Source: an uncultured Melioribacter sp. (lineage in GTDB: Bacteria > Bacteroidota > Ignavibacteria > Ignavibacteriales > Melioribacteraceae). Taken from it: 60,150 nt of DNA. Below are positions 19,502 to 29,232 of this stretch, in pieces. The stretch lies in the NCBI GenBank assembly GCA_964479645.1, contig CAYZMW010000002.1, positions 1 through 60,150 on the forward strand, written 5' to 3'. How positions within the stretch are numbered: the stretch's first letter is position 1; every line of letters begins with the position of its first letter. The notes beneath the pieces were generated by a model. That model did not search any database, was not told the origin of the DNA, and saw nothing but the letters and a program-made list of their open reading frames with translations. The position numbers were made by a program, and so were the translations under genes.

Positions 19502-20939
19502 ACAATCGAATATCGAAAAACAAGCGGTGGCGGAATTAAAAAAGAGGGAAATTCCCAATGCCGTGGAAGTGGAAAAGGAATTGCTCGGAGCGATGCTTAT
19601 CGACGAAGAAGCGGCTCCGAAGGTTTTCGAAGTGTTAAAACCCGAACACTTTTTCGACCCGAGGCATAGAAAAATTTTCAAGGCGATGTATTATTTGTTC
19701 GAAAACAGCGTGCCGATTAACGTTACGACGGTTTACAGCGAATTGGAAAAGATGAAGGACAAACGCGGGGAAACTATCGGTGCGGCGTACATCGGTGAAT
19801 TGTCGCGAAACGTGGTCTCGGCGGTTAATGCCGCTTACAACGCGCGCGTAATACTCGAAAAGTGGATTTTGAGAAGAATTATCGCTTCATCGATAAACAT
19901 GGCGGAAGAAGCCTTTGCCGCGCAAAAGGACGTTTTCGATATTCTCGACGAAGCCGAACGAAATATTTTTTCCATTGCCGAAGAAGGTTTACGCGAATCG
20001 TACGTGGGAATGGATAAGGCGCTTACTAAAACGTTGGAATATATCGAATCGATACACGACAAGAAAAAATCCGCTTTTGCCGTGCCTACCGGATTAATCG
20101 AACTCGACGATTTGCTCGGCGGTTTTCAGCGCTCCGATTTGATTATCATTGCGGCGCGTCCGTCGATGGGCAAAACCGCTTTCGCTCTTTCCGTGGCGCG
20201 CAACGCGGCAATAGATTATAACGTACCTGTCGCTTTTTTCAGTTTGGAAATGTCAACCACTCAATTGGTTTCGCGTTTGATTTCTGCCGAGGCGAAAATA
20301 GATTTGCATTTAATCAGAACGGGAAAAATTCCTTCGTCCGAAGCGCCAAGACTCGCAACAAACGTACAAAAATTACGTACGGCGCAGTTTTTCATCGACG
20401 ACACGCCGGGACAAACCGTAATGGAAATAAGAGCGAAGGCGCGGCGATTGAAAGCCGAGCATAAAATCGGAATGATTATGATTGACTATTTGCAACTTAT
20501 GACTTCGTCGAAAAAAATGGAAAGTCGCGAACGTGAAATTTCCGCGATTTCGATGTCGTTGAAAGCGCTCGCGAAAGAATTGAATATTCCCGTCGTGGCT
20601 CTTGCGCAGTTAAATCGTGCCGTTGAACAGCGCCACGATAAGCGACCCATGCTCTCCGATTTGCGCGAGTCGGGTTCTATCGAGCAGGACGCCGACGTTG
20701 TTATTTTTCTCTACCGTCCGGAAGTTTACGGAATTACGACTTTACCGGACGGCGAATCGACGGAAGGTTACGCCGAGGCGATAATAGGAAAGCAGAGAAA
20801 CGGTCCTATCGGCGTCGTTCCGCTTCATTTCATTAAACAATTCGGACGTTTCGAAAACAAAGCGTTGCAATACAGGGAAATTCCGGAAGGCGACGACTCG
20901 CCGAAAAGCATTACTCAAGGAGACGAACCGCCGTTTTAA
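19494..20939 (+). CDS. dnaB: replicative DNA helicase DnaB
   Basis: N-terminal DnaB domain (PNAVEVEKELLGAML), Walker A ARPSMGKTAFAL, IMIDYLQLM, LAQLNR. No intein. 8-nt overlap with the UDG gene. Confidence 0.95.
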   Translation: MSKQSNIEKQAVAELKKREIPNAVEVEKELLGAMLIDEEAAPKVFEVLKPEHFFDPRHRKIFKAMYYLFENSVPINVTTVYSELEKMKDKRGETIGAAYIGELSRNVVSAVNAAYNARVILEKWILRRIIASSINMAEEAFAAQKDVFDILDEAERNIFSIAEEGLRESYVGMDKALTKTLEYIESIHDKKKSAFAVPTGLIELDDLLGGFQRSDLIIIAARPSMGKTAFALSVARNAAIDYNVPVAFFSLEMSTTQLVSRLISAEAKIDLHLIRTGKIPSSEAPRLATNVQKLRTAQFFIDDTPGQTVMEIRAKARRLKAEHKIGMIMIDYLQLMTSSKKMESREREISAISMSLKALAKELNIPVVALAQLNRAVEQRHDKRPMLSDLRESGSIEQDADVVIFLYRPEVYGITTLPDGESTEGYAEAIIGKQRNGPIGVVPLHFIKQFGRFENKALQYREIPEGDDSPKSITQGDEPPF

Positions 20940-21104
20940 CGAATGAGACGCGACGTTAAACTCTTCTTCTACTTGACGTGCGCGTAGTTCATCTTTTCCG
21001 ATTCTCTGATTTTACCAAAATCTAAAATCTGACGTATCAATTCGATCGCCATTTGTTATTATCGTCGGACGGTTTGGTTTGTCAGCCGTTATTAATTTGC
21101 TTTT

Positions 21105-21146
21105 GGAATTCGGAATTCTGAATTTGAGTGTCTGAATTCGGAATTG
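21105..21146. repeat. six tandem heptads, five matching KGAATTB (three GAATTC palindromes), upstream of nupC
   Basis: The region reads GGAATTC GGAATTC TGAATTT GAGTGTC TGAATTC GGAATTG, 76 nt upstream of the nupC ATG. Confidence 0.6.
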
Positions 21147-21221
21147 TTTGCGTCGCTCTTTTCGGTTCGGGAAAATCTTTGACAAGTAAATTGCAAACGA
21201 AAATAAAGAAGCGGAAATAAA

Positions 21222-22580
21222 ATGTTGGAAAATTTAATTCGCGGAATAATAGGAATAATTTTAATTCTCGGTATCGCTTATCTTTTTTCGAACAATAAGA
21301 AAAAGATTAATTTCAAACTTGTCGGCTACGGTTTGCTCATTCAAATTACCTTTGCGATTTTCATTCTCAAAGGCGAATATTTGCGCTCGATTTTCGCGCC
21401 GCTCGGTTGGGTGAAAGATTTTTTTCAATGGGTGAGCAGTTTTTTCGTGCTGATTCTGAATTTCACCACAGAAGGCTCGAAGTTCGTTTTCGGTAATCTC
21501 GCGCTTCCGCCCGGCACGGAGGGAAGTTCGGGAATGTATTTTGCGTTTCAAGTTTTAACGATAATTATTTTCTTCGCGTCGCTCGTTGCGATTCTTTATC
21601 ATCTCGGAATTATGCAGAAAATCGTGCAAGGAATGGCGTGGCTTGTGGCGAAAGTGCTCGGAACAAGCGGCGCGGAATCGCTTTCCTGCACGGCGAATAT
21701 TTTTCTCGGACAAACCGAAGCGCCGCTCGTAATCAAACCGTACATCGAAAAGATGACAAACAGCGAACTTCTTACGATTATGACCGGCGGAATGGCTACG
21801 ATTGCCGGAAGCGTAATGGGCGCGTACATTCAAATTTTGGGATTTTCTTTCGCGCAATCAATGGGTTTGGAATTGAAAGAAGCGCAGTTGCTTTTCGCCA
21901 CGCACTTGCTTTCGGCAAGCATTATGGCGGCGCCCGCCGCGATTATTATTTCGAAAATCATTTATCCCGAAACAGGCACGCCGATAACTCGCGGTTCGGT
22001 GAAATTGCAAGTGGAAAAAACTTCCGCCAATATTATTGATGCGGCGGCAAGCGGCGCCTCCGAAGGTTTGAAACTTGCGCTTAACGTCGGCGCAATGCTT
22101 ATCGCTTTTATCGCTTTGATTGCGCTTGTAAATTATATGCTCGAATGGTTCGGCGGATTAACCGGACTGAACGCCGTGTTGCAAAACGAATACGGAAAGC
22201 CGTTAAACTTGCAGTTAATTCTCGGCTTGATTTTACGCTACGTCGCTTACGGTATCGGCGTGCCGTGGCAGGACGCTCTGAACTTCGGCGGTTTGCTCGG
22301 CTCGAAAGTTGTAGTTAACGAATTTATCGCGTATATGGATATGTCGAAAATGATTGAAGCGAAGGAATTCGTGAGCGAAAAAAGCATCATTATGGCTACT
22401 TACGCGCTATGCGGTTTCGCTAATTTCAGCTCAATCGCAATTCAAATCGGCGGACTAACGCCTCTTGCGCCGAGCAGAAGAAGCGATTTGTCGAAACTCG
22501 GTTTGCGCGCGGTTCTCGGCGGCGTATTGGCTACGCTTTTAACCGCGACGCTTGCGGGCATTTTCTTTACGGGAAATTAA
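21222..22580 (+). CDS. nupC: NupC/CNT-family nucleoside:cation symporter
   Basis: Multi-TM protein with CNT hallmarks (NIFLGQTEAPL, TGGMATIAGSVMGAY, C-terminal nucleoside-transporter domain). Confidence 0.9.
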   Translation: MLENLIRGIIGIILILGIAYLFSNNKKKINFKLVGYGLLIQITFAIFILKGEYLRSIFAPLGWVKDFFQWVSSFFVLILNFTTEGSKFVFGNLALPPGTEGSSGMYFAFQVLTIIIFFASLVAILYHLGIMQKIVQGMAWLVAKVLGTSGAESLSCTANIFLGQTEAPLVIKPYIEKMTNSELLTIMTGGMATIAGSVMGAYIQILGFSFAQSMGLELKEAQLLFATHLLSASIMAAPAAIIISKIIYPETGTPITRGSVKLQVEKTSANIIDAAASGASEGLKLALNVGAMLIAFIALIALVNYMLEWFGGLTGLNAVLQNEYGKPLNLQLILGLILRYVAYGIGVPWQDALNFGGLLGSKVVVNEFIAYMDMSKMIEAKEFVSEKSIIMATYALCGFANFSSIAIQIGGLTPLAPSRRSDLSKLGLRAVLGGVLATLLTATLAGIFFTGN

Positions 22581-22595
22581 ACGAACGGAAAAAGA

Positions 22596-23423
22596 ATGAC
22601 TACGAATTTGAGAAAAAAATATTCGAAATTGATTAAAGAAATAAAAACGCTTGCGCCTTTCGAAGCGGATTTGGCGCTTGTTCTCGGCAGCGGTCTCGGC
22701 GAATTTGCCGACACGGTGAAAAAAATAAAATCCGTTGAAACTTCCGTGCTTCCCGATTATCCGCAATCGACCGTGGAAGGACACAAAGGTTTTATTCATT
22801 TCTGCGAATACGAAGGAAAGCGTTTTATCGTTTTTCAAGGACGTATTCATCTTTACGAAGGTTACACGCTCGAACAATCGCTTTTGCCGGTGCTTATTGC
22901 GAATGCGCTCGGCGCGGATAAAATTCTTCTTACGAACGCGGCGGGCGGCGTTGGCGACAATTTGCGTCCGGGCGACTTAATGACAATTACCTCTTTCAAT
23001 ATGCTGAATATCAAAAAGGAACTTGCCGAAACGCTCGGACTTGCGACTTTCGACGAAAGGCGAAAAGTTTTGCACGATTTCCCTTCGCGGGAATTGACGG
23101 AAAAACTTACGGAAGCGGCGCTGATTGAAAAAATTCACTTGAAAGAAGGCGTTTATTGGTTTAACAAAGGTCCGAGTTACGAAACGCGCGCCGAAATTCA
23201 AATGGTGAAAAAATTCGGCGTTGCGGCGGTCGGAATGTCCACGGCGCACGAAGCTGTGTTCGCCGCGAAAATCGGAATGAGCGTTGCGGCGTTTTCTTTA
23301 ATAACGAATTTCGCCGCCGGAATTTCGCCCGTTAAACTTTCTCATCGGGAAGTAATCGAAACCGCCGAAGCGGTGAAACCAAAATTGGAACGTCTAATCA
23401 AACGTTTCGTCGTTTTAAATTAA
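22596..23423 (+). CDS. purine nucleoside phosphorylase (trimeric PNP/MTAP family)
   Basis: GSGLG, GRIHLYEGY, TNAAGG, GPSYETRAE and VGMSTAHEA motifs. It starts 15 nt after nupC. Confidence 0.85.
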   Translation: MTTNLRKKYSKLIKEIKTLAPFEADLALVLGSGLGEFADTVKKIKSVETSVLPDYPQSTVEGHKGFIHFCEYEGKRFIVFQGRIHLYEGYTLEQSLLPVLIANALGADKILLTNAAGGVGDNLRPGDLMTITSFNMLNIKKELAETLGLATFDERRKVLHDFPSRELTEKLTEAALIEKIHLKEGVYWFNKGPSYETRAEIQMVKKFGVAAVGMSTAHEAVFAAKIGMSVAAFSLITNFAAGISPVKLSHREVIETAEAVKPKLERLIKRFVVLN

Positions 23424-23430
23424 AGCGCCG

Positions 23431-24018
23431 TTAAAATCTTCCGAATTTGAAAAAAAGCGAAATCGTCAAACCCGAAAAATCTTTATCGGAATAATTTTCC
23501 AAATCAACGCCGTTGACGTAACGGTATTTTGCGGCGAATTCAATTCTGAAAATTTTCGTTACGTTCATCTCCACACCGAGCGCGGGAATAAGAAGGAATA
23601 ATTTGTCCGTTTCGTTTTCTTCTTCGTGTCCCGTAATTACGTCCTTTTCCTCTTCGTTAATTCCGCCCGCTCCGATTAACAACGCCGCCGTGAAATGAAA
23701 GAGTTTGTCGTAATTAGAAACGTAGTAAAACTTCACGCCGCCGTAACCGAATTTGATTTTACTTTTGACACTGTTATCATTCCTTTCGATTTCGTTTATC
23801 AATCCGTATCCTGCGCCGCCGACGCCGAACGTGTGATTTACAATCATTGCGCCTTCGCCGCCCATAAGGAAAGCCGTTTCGCCCGCGATACTTGTCGCTT
23901 GGAAAGTCGGACCGCCGAATCCGCCGATTATCATTTCGTCCCCGCCCGCGAGCGTTTCTATTTTTTGAGCGAAGAGTGAAAAGGAAAACAGCGCGATTAA
24001 CAAAAATGTTTTTCTCAT
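23431..24018 (-). CDS. small outer-membrane beta-barrel protein (OMP_b-brl-like)
   Basis: Signal peptide MRKTFLLIALFSFSLFAQ, alternating Gly/aromatic beta-strand pattern, C-terminal aromatic ...FFKFGRF. Confidence 0.6.
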   Translation of the reverse strand: MRKTFLLIALFSFSLFAQKIETLAGGDEMIIGGFGGPTFQATSIAGETAFLMGGEGAMIVNHTFGVGGAGYGLINEIERNDNSVKSKIKFGYGGVKFYYVSNYDKLFHFTAALLIGAGGINEEEKDVITGHEEENETDKLFLLIPALGVEMNVTKIFRIEFAAKYRYVNGVDLENYSDKDFSGLTISLFFKFGRF

Positions 24019-24019
24019 T

Positions 24020-24508
24020 TTATTTCCCTTTCGTTTTTTTCGCTTTACCCATTTTTACGATTTCGTCGAATTCTTCTTTCGTAATCGGCATTACGGAAAG
24101 GCGATTGCCGCGTTGAACAAGTTTCATATTTTGCAACTTCGGATTTTCCTTGATTTCGGAAAGCGGAACGAAGCGCTCGAATTTTTTAACGAATTTTACG
24201 TCAACCATATACCACGTCGGTTTATCCTCTTTGCTTTTCGGGTCGAAATGCTTGTCGTTCGGGTCGAACGCCGTAAAATCGGGATACGCTTCGGATGCAA
24301 CTTCCGCAACGCCCGCCGCTCCGGAAGGATTCGCGTTGCTGTGGTAAAAAATCACTTTGTCGCCGACGCGCATTTGGTCGCGCATAAAATTGCGCGCTTG
24401 GTAATTTCTTACGCCGTCCCAGTGCGCCGTGCCGTCTTTCTGCAAATCGTCAATCGAATATTCCTCGGGTTCGCTTTTCATCAGCCAATATTGTTTTTTA
24501 CGCGCCAT
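24020..24508 (-). CDS. EVE (PUA-like) domain protein
   Basis: YWLMKSEPEEYSIDDL...WDGVRNYQARNFMRDQMRVGDKVIFYHS matches the EVE/thymocyte-nuclear-protein-1 fold pattern over its full length. Confidence 0.8.
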   Translation of the reverse strand: MARKKQYWLMKSEPEEYSIDDLQKDGTAHWDGVRNYQARNFMRDQMRVGDKVIFYHSNANPSGAAGVAEVASEAYPDFTAFDPNDKHFDPKSKEDKPTWYMVDVKFVKKFERFVPLSEIKENPKLQNMKLVQRGNRLSVMPITKEEFDEIVKMGKAKKTKGK

Positions 24509-25367
24509 TGTTTTCTCCTTTCAAATATTTATCGAACCAATTTTTACGCAGCCAATTTAGTTCCTTTTTGTGATTTCTCAAAAAGTGCGTTCCGTTTTCA
24601 AGTAAAACAAGACTTACGTTCGATTTGAATTTCAGCAATCGTTGCGTCAGTTCAAGCGAATCGCTTACAGGAACGCGGTCGTCGCTTGTGCCGTGAATAA
24701 TGAGCAACGGCGTTTTTGTGTTAATTTGTTCCGCTTTGTTTATTACCGAACGGCTTTCGCAAAGTTCTCTGTAATGTTCTTCCGTGATTTTTCCGTAAGT
24801 GCGTTCGACAAGTTTTGAAACGAACTTGCTTTTTTTCTTGTCGCATCGCAAATCGGCAACGCCGCCGATTGTAATCGCCGCTTTGAAAATATCGGTTCTC
24901 ATCAGCGCCAAATAAGTCATCATTCCGCCGCGACTCCAGCCTTCGATGCCCCAATTGTTTTCGTCGGCGTTCGGAATTTCGTTCGCAAGTGAAAGTAAAT
25001 TCAGCACGTCGTCAACGTCTTTTCCGCCGAATTCGTCCGTGCCTTCGCCGCCGTCGTTTCCGCGATATTGCGTGGCGAAAACCGCGTAGCCCCAGCTTGC
25101 AATCGTTCCGAAAATTCCTTGCGCGTTAAATTCATCGATAACGCCGAGTTCTCCAAGTCCGCCGCGACACCAAATAACGGACGGAAACTTTTTCGAAAAA
25201 TCTTTCGGATACGCAACGTAACCGCTTACTTTCACGCCGTCGGAATCGTAGTAAATTTTTTCAACGATTGTGTCGTCAACGGCGGACTTACTCCAACCGC
25301 TTTTAATCATTTTTTTCTGCGCGTCACTCAAATCGAGTTTTCGCTTTTCTAAAATTTCGGCGCTCAT
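24498..25367 (-). CDS. alpha/beta hydrolase, S9 (prolyl oligopeptidase/dienelactone hydrolase-like) catalytic domain only
   Basis: Nucleophile elbow GWSRGG, acid in HGTSDDRV, His in NGTHF. There is no beta-propeller domain. Confidence 0.75.
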   Translation of the reverse strand: MSAEILEKRKLDLSDAQKKMIKSGWSKSAVDDTIVEKIYYDSDGVKVSGYVAYPKDFSKKFPSVIWCRGGLGELGVIDEFNAQGIFGTIASWGYAVFATQYRGNDGGEGTDEFGGKDVDDVLNLLSLANEIPNADENNWGIEGWSRGGMMTYLALMRTDIFKAAITIGGVADLRCDKKKSKFVSKLVERTYGKITEEHYRELCESRSVINKAEQINTKTPLLIIHGTSDDRVPVSDSLELTQRLLKFKSNVSLVLLENGTHFLRNHKKELNWLRKNWFDKYLKGENNGA

Positions 25368-25425
25368 ATTTTCCGCGAAAATTTAATTAAATTACTTTTT
25401 CAAATTTCAATTAATAAGATATAAA

Positions 25426-25938
25426 ATGATTAGAACATTATTAACGGCGAGTGTCGTATTTATTTTAAGCGTTGCTGTCGTTTCCTGCGGCGGTGAAAAA
25501 TTGAAAGTTAACGACAATATCAAAACCGCAAGCGACGACGAAATTTACAAATTCAGAAAAGACGGCGAACTGACTTTCGTTTCCGCCGCGGGCGAGTACA
25601 TCACTACGATTGACATCGAGATTGCGGACACGCAAGAAAAACGCGTGCGCGGACTTATGTTCCGCAAAAAAATGGCGGAAAATCAAGGAATGCTTTTCGT
25701 TTTCCCGCGCGAAGAATATCAATCCTTTTGGATGAAAAACACCGTGATACCGCTCGATATGATTTTCGTGAACAAGAAAAGGGAAATCGTGAACATTCAG
25801 AAAAACACAACGCCGTACTCCGAACAAACTTACCCTTCGAGCAAGCCTGCAATTTACGTTGTGGAAGTCAATGCGGGATTTACCGATAAATACGGCATCA
25901 AGCCGGGCGATAAAATTACGTGGCGAATTTTCAGATAG
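25426..25938 (+). CDS. DUF192-family lipoprotein
   Basis: Lipobox VVSC. The MLFVF...FWMKNTVIPLDMIF...YVVEVNAG pattern is typical of DUF192. Confidence 0.7.
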   Translation: MIRTLLTASVVFILSVAVVSCGGEKLKVNDNIKTASDDEIYKFRKDGELTFVSAAGEYITTIDIEIADTQEKRVRGLMFRKKMAENQGMLFVFPREEYQSFWMKNTVIPLDMIFVNKKREIVNIQKNTTPYSEQTYPSSKPAIYVVEVNAGFTDKYGIKPGDKITWRIFR

Positions 25939-25986
25939 CGCGTTCGATTTGCGCCTTTTTGTAAATGAAGAAAACGCTTGGCGCTC

Positions 25987-26667
25987 TTAAAATCTTACGC
26001 CCGCAAAAACGGCGGCGTTTACGAAACTTGACGGTTGTTCGTATTTCCCCGCCGAAACGAAAAGATAATCCGCTTCCGCCGCAAGTGAAAAAGTGTTCGT
26101 GATTTGATATTTCAATCGCGCGACCGCTTTCCCGTTCGGCAAATATTCCATTTCTATATCGTCGGAAAAATCGAAAGTGAGCAGTTTATTCAATGTGGTT
26201 TCGAAGATGAACTTCTCCGAAACTATCGGAGGCATTATTTGCAATCCTCCTCCGCCGCCGAGCAAAACCGAAAGACCTCCGCCGATTTCAATTTCGTAGA
26301 GAACTATCGCGTTTATTTCGGCGCGCGCCCACGGCACTTCGTCCTCCGTTTTTTCTTCGCCGCTTAATAATGCGGGAAGCGTGAAATAACTGTACGAAAA
26401 CTTATATTTTTGATACGCGCCCGCAAGATGAAGTCCGTAGAGAAAATTTCCCGATTTGTATTCGAGTTGCAAATTGAAATAAAGCGGGTTCGAAATTTCT
26501 TCGCGGTCGAGCAAAGCGGGTGTTCCGTCCCACAAGGTAAAATAATTATTTTCAACTGCGGGAATCGTATAAAAATCTTTGCCGATTCCGGCGTTAATTG
26601 AAAATTGAGAAAAAGAAACCGTTGCCGTAAGAAGCAGAGACGCAAAAAAAAGATTAAATTTTTTCAT
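25987..26667 (-). CDS. putative outer-membrane beta-barrel protein
   Basis: Signal peptide MKKFNLFFASLLLTATVSFSQ, amphipathic beta-strand pattern, C-terminal FAGVRF. Confidence 0.55.
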   Translation of the reverse strand: MKKFNLFFASLLLTATVSFSQFSINAGIGKDFYTIPAVENNYFTLWDGTPALLDREEISNPLYFNLQLEYKSGNFLYGLHLAGAYQKYKFSYSYFTLPALLSGEEKTEDEVPWARAEINAIVLYEIEIGGGLSVLLGGGGGLQIMPPIVSEKFIFETTLNKLLTFDFSDDIEMEYLPNGKAVARLKYQITNTFSLAAEADYLFVSAGKYEQPSSFVNAAVFAGVRF

Positions 26668-27961
26668 CTTCCAAAATGCCTTTTAAATTTTTAGGAATGT
26701 AAATTTTAAACTCGCTACCTTTTCCCGGTTGACTTTCAACGTCGATTTTTCCGTGATGACGTTTCGCCAAATCAACGACAAACGCCAAACCCAAACCGCT
26801 ACCCTGTTCCTCTTCAGTTCCCAAAGTGGTGAAAGAAGAAGTCAAATCGAAAATTTTCTTTTTGGTTTCCTCGTCAAGTCCCACACCGTTATCTTTTACC
26901 ATAATGATATGGTGCGTGTCGGTTTTTTCATAATCGAATTCTATTTTGCCGCCGTGCGGAGTGAATTTCAACGCGTTCGAAGTAAGGTTGCGAAGCATTG
27001 TCAACATCATGTCTCTATCGCAGAAAATTCCCGTATGAGGTAAAACTTTATTGACGAGTTCGATTTCCTTTTTCTCCGCATTATTCTTAAACAGAACCAT
27101 TATTTCGACGACCAAATCGAACAAATCGTATTCGTCGGGAGCGAAAGCTATTTTATTGGATTGTGCGCGCGCCCATTTTAAAAGAGAATCGAGCAATTCG
27201 AAAATGTTGGTCGCAGTTTGACGTAAAGAATGAATGTATTCCTTTTTTTCTTCGTCGGTCAATTCGTCGTAGTCTTCTTCGAGCATTTCCGAATAGCCGA
27301 GAAGTGCGGTAAAAGGACTACGCAAGTCGTGCGAAATTAAGGAGAAAAATTTGTTCTTTGTTTCGATTTCCTGTTGTAAAAGTATCTGGCTTCTTTTGAG
27401 TTCTTCTTCCACTTTTTTCTGCGCGGTAATATCTTCTTTCACCGCGACGTAATGAGTGATTTTTCCTTCGTTGTTTTTTATCGGGGAAATCGTTGCGTAT
27501 TCCCAGTAGAGAGAACCGTCTTTCCGTTTATTATGAAATTCTCCCCGCCATTCCTTTCCCGCGCTGATTGTTTCCCACAGTTCTTCGTAAAATTCTTTGC
27601 TTTGTTTTCCCGATTTTAGAATTCTCGGATTGCTTCCCAAAACTTCATCACAATCGTAACCCGTTATCTTGCAAAATTTTTTATTTACGTAAATTATGTC
27701 TCCTGCGAGATTTGTAATTACAATTGCGCTTGCGCTTTGTTCGGTCGCGCTTTTGAAAAGAAGTAAATCGTCTTCGATTTTTTTGCGTTTTTCAATACTT
27801 TCAAGAAACTCGTCGTTTTGTTTTTCGACGATTTCCAATACAACGTTTTTGATATATTCGAGCGTTTTTCGACAGTCGGGGTTTTGGCATTTTTCGATTA
27901 ACTCCTTTATCCCTTCGATTTTTTCGATAATATCGTTATTTTCACGGAAATCCTTTCCCAT
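26654..27961 (-). CDS. cytoplasmic PAS-domain sensor histidine kinase
   Basis: PAS (ITNLAGDIIYVNKKFCKITGY...), H-box SHDLRSPF, N-box NLTSNALKF, G1 DNGVGL, G2 GSGLGL. No TM segments, and no response regulator nearby. Confidence 0.85.
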   Translation of the reverse strand: MGKDFRENNDIIEKIEGIKELIEKCQNPDCRKTLEYIKNVVLEIVEKQNDEFLESIEKRKKIEDDLLLFKSATEQSASAIVITNLAGDIIYVNKKFCKITGYDCDEVLGSNPRILKSGKQSKEFYEELWETISAGKEWRGEFHNKRKDGSLYWEYATISPIKNNEGKITHYVAVKEDITAQKKVEEELKRSQILLQQEIETKNKFFSLISHDLRSPFTALLGYSEMLEEDYDELTDEEKKEYIHSLRQTATNIFELLDSLLKWARAQSNKIAFAPDEYDLFDLVVEIMVLFKNNAEKKEIELVNKVLPHTGIFCDRDMMLTMLRNLTSNALKFTPHGGKIEFDYEKTDTHHIIMVKDNGVGLDEETKKKIFDLTSSFTTLGTEEEQGSGLGLAFVVDLAKRHHGKIDVESQPGKGSEFKIYIPKNLKGILEDEKI

Positions 27962-27976
27962 TTCAATAAATCTCTC

Positions 27977-29227
27977 TTAGACGTTTTTTAATAGTTTTTC
28001 CAATTTGCCGAAATTTTCAGGATTAATTTCCAATTTAAGTAAAATATTATTTCCAAGATATTTTTTTTCTTTCACCACCGCCAAATCGTGGATTAACGAT
28101 ATTAACTTCGTTTTATTGTTCGGCAAGGATATTTCCTTTTCGATTTTTCCCGAATTAATAATATTATCGACGGTTGTTCTTAATTCTTGAATATTTATGC
28201 CTCTTTGCGCCGAAATAAAAATAGCGTCGGGAAATGTGGACTGCGCGATTTCCAATTTGTTCGTGTCTGTAACGATATCCACTTTATTGAACACGAGGAG
28301 CGTTTTCTTTTTGTCGCATTCGAGTTCTTTCAAGGTTTTTTCAACGGTCTTTATATGTTCTTCGAAAGCGGGATTGCTTAAATCCACGACGTGCAAAATC
28401 AAATCGGCTTGACGAACGACGTTGAGCGTGCTTCGAAAAGAAGCGACGAGCGTGGGCGGAAGTTTGCGAATAAACCCGACCGTGTCGCTGATTAAAACCT
28501 CCTTGCCGGCGGAATTGCCGTACAAACGGGTTGTGGAATCGAGCGTTGCGAAAAGTTTGTTCTCCGCAAGCACGTCGGCTGAAGTCAATAAGTTCAAGAG
28601 CGTTGATTTTCCGGCGTTGGTATATCCGACAAGACTGATTTGAAACGCGGATTTTCTTCGCGCGCTTTTTGTCAATTGTTGCCTTTCGATTTTTTCAAGA
28701 ATATTTTTCAATCGTGCAATTCTGTTGCGAATAATTCGTCTGTCGGTTTCAATTTGCGTTTCGCCGGGTCCTTTTGTTCCGATACCGCCGTATTGTTTGG
28801 AAAGGTGCGTCCACGCGCGTGTAAGTCGCGAAAGAGTGTATTGCAATTGCGCAAGTTCCACCTGAGTTTTCGCTTCGCTTGTTCGCGCGTGCTTGGCGAA
28901 AATATCGAGAATCAATCCGCTTCTGTCGATTATTTTTTTATTGATGATTTTTTCGAGATTTCTGATTTGCGAAGGCGAAAGGTCGTCGTCGAAAATAACG
29001 AGCGAAACCTCGTTAAGTTCCGTAAGTTGCGCGATTTCCTCCGCTTTTCCCTTGCCGATGTAGTACGCCGCATCGGGTTTGGCGCGTTCCTGAATAATCG
29101 AAATGACGGTTTCCGCTCCCGCTGTTGCGGCGAGCATTTCGAGTTCCGTTAAATATTCTTCCGTTTGCGCTCTTTTCTGCTTTCCCGTTTTAAGCGCAAC
29201 CAATATCGCTTTTTCTTTTTCCGTCAT
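27977..29227 (-). CDS. hflX: GTPase HflX
   Basis: HflX N-domain (LTELEMLAATAGAE), G1 GYTNAGKSTLLN, G3 DTVGF, G4 NKVD. ATG 29227 is used. The ORF-track extension to 29341 overlaps the upstream gene. Confidence 0.9.
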   Translation of the reverse strand: MTEKEKAILVALKTGKQKRAQTEEYLTELEMLAATAGAETVISIIQERAKPDAAYYIGKGKAEEIAQLTELNEVSLVIFDDDLSPSQIRNLEKIINKKIIDRSGLILDIFAKHARTSEAKTQVELAQLQYTLSRLTRAWTHLSKQYGGIGTKGPGETQIETDRRIIRNRIARLKNILEKIERQQLTKSARRKSAFQISLVGYTNAGKSTLLNLLTSADVLAENKLFATLDSTTRLYGNSAGKEVLISDTVGFIRKLPPTLVASFRSTLNVVRQADLILHVVDLSNPAFEEHIKTVEKTLKELECDKKKTLLVFNKVDIVTDTNKLEIAQSTFPDAIFISAQRGINIQELRTTVDNIINSGKIEKEISLPNNKTKLISLIHDLAVVKEKKYLGNNILLKLEINPENFGKLEKLLKNV

Positions 29228-29232
29228 TCGTC

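Noticed and set aside
20969-21052. 27-aa minus-strand ORF (MAIELIRQILDFGKIRESEKMNYAHVK) in the dnaB-nupC spacer
   Set aside because: It reads like an amphipathic helix, but it has no SD and no recognisable family, and it is too short to support from sequence alone. It could be checked by ribosome profiling.
22596-23423. Purine nucleoside phosphorylase as a defence effector (Detocs-like) together with the nearby orphan histidine kinase
   Set aside because: The PNP has no receiver domain. It sits 15 nt after nupC, which is a classical salvage pair. The kinase lies 3 kb away on the other strand in a different operon.
24020-24508. EVE domain as part of a modification-dependent restriction/defence system
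   Set aside because: No nuclease, methyltransferase, helicase or other defence-type partner is fused or adjacent. Standalone EVE proteins are common housekeeping genes.
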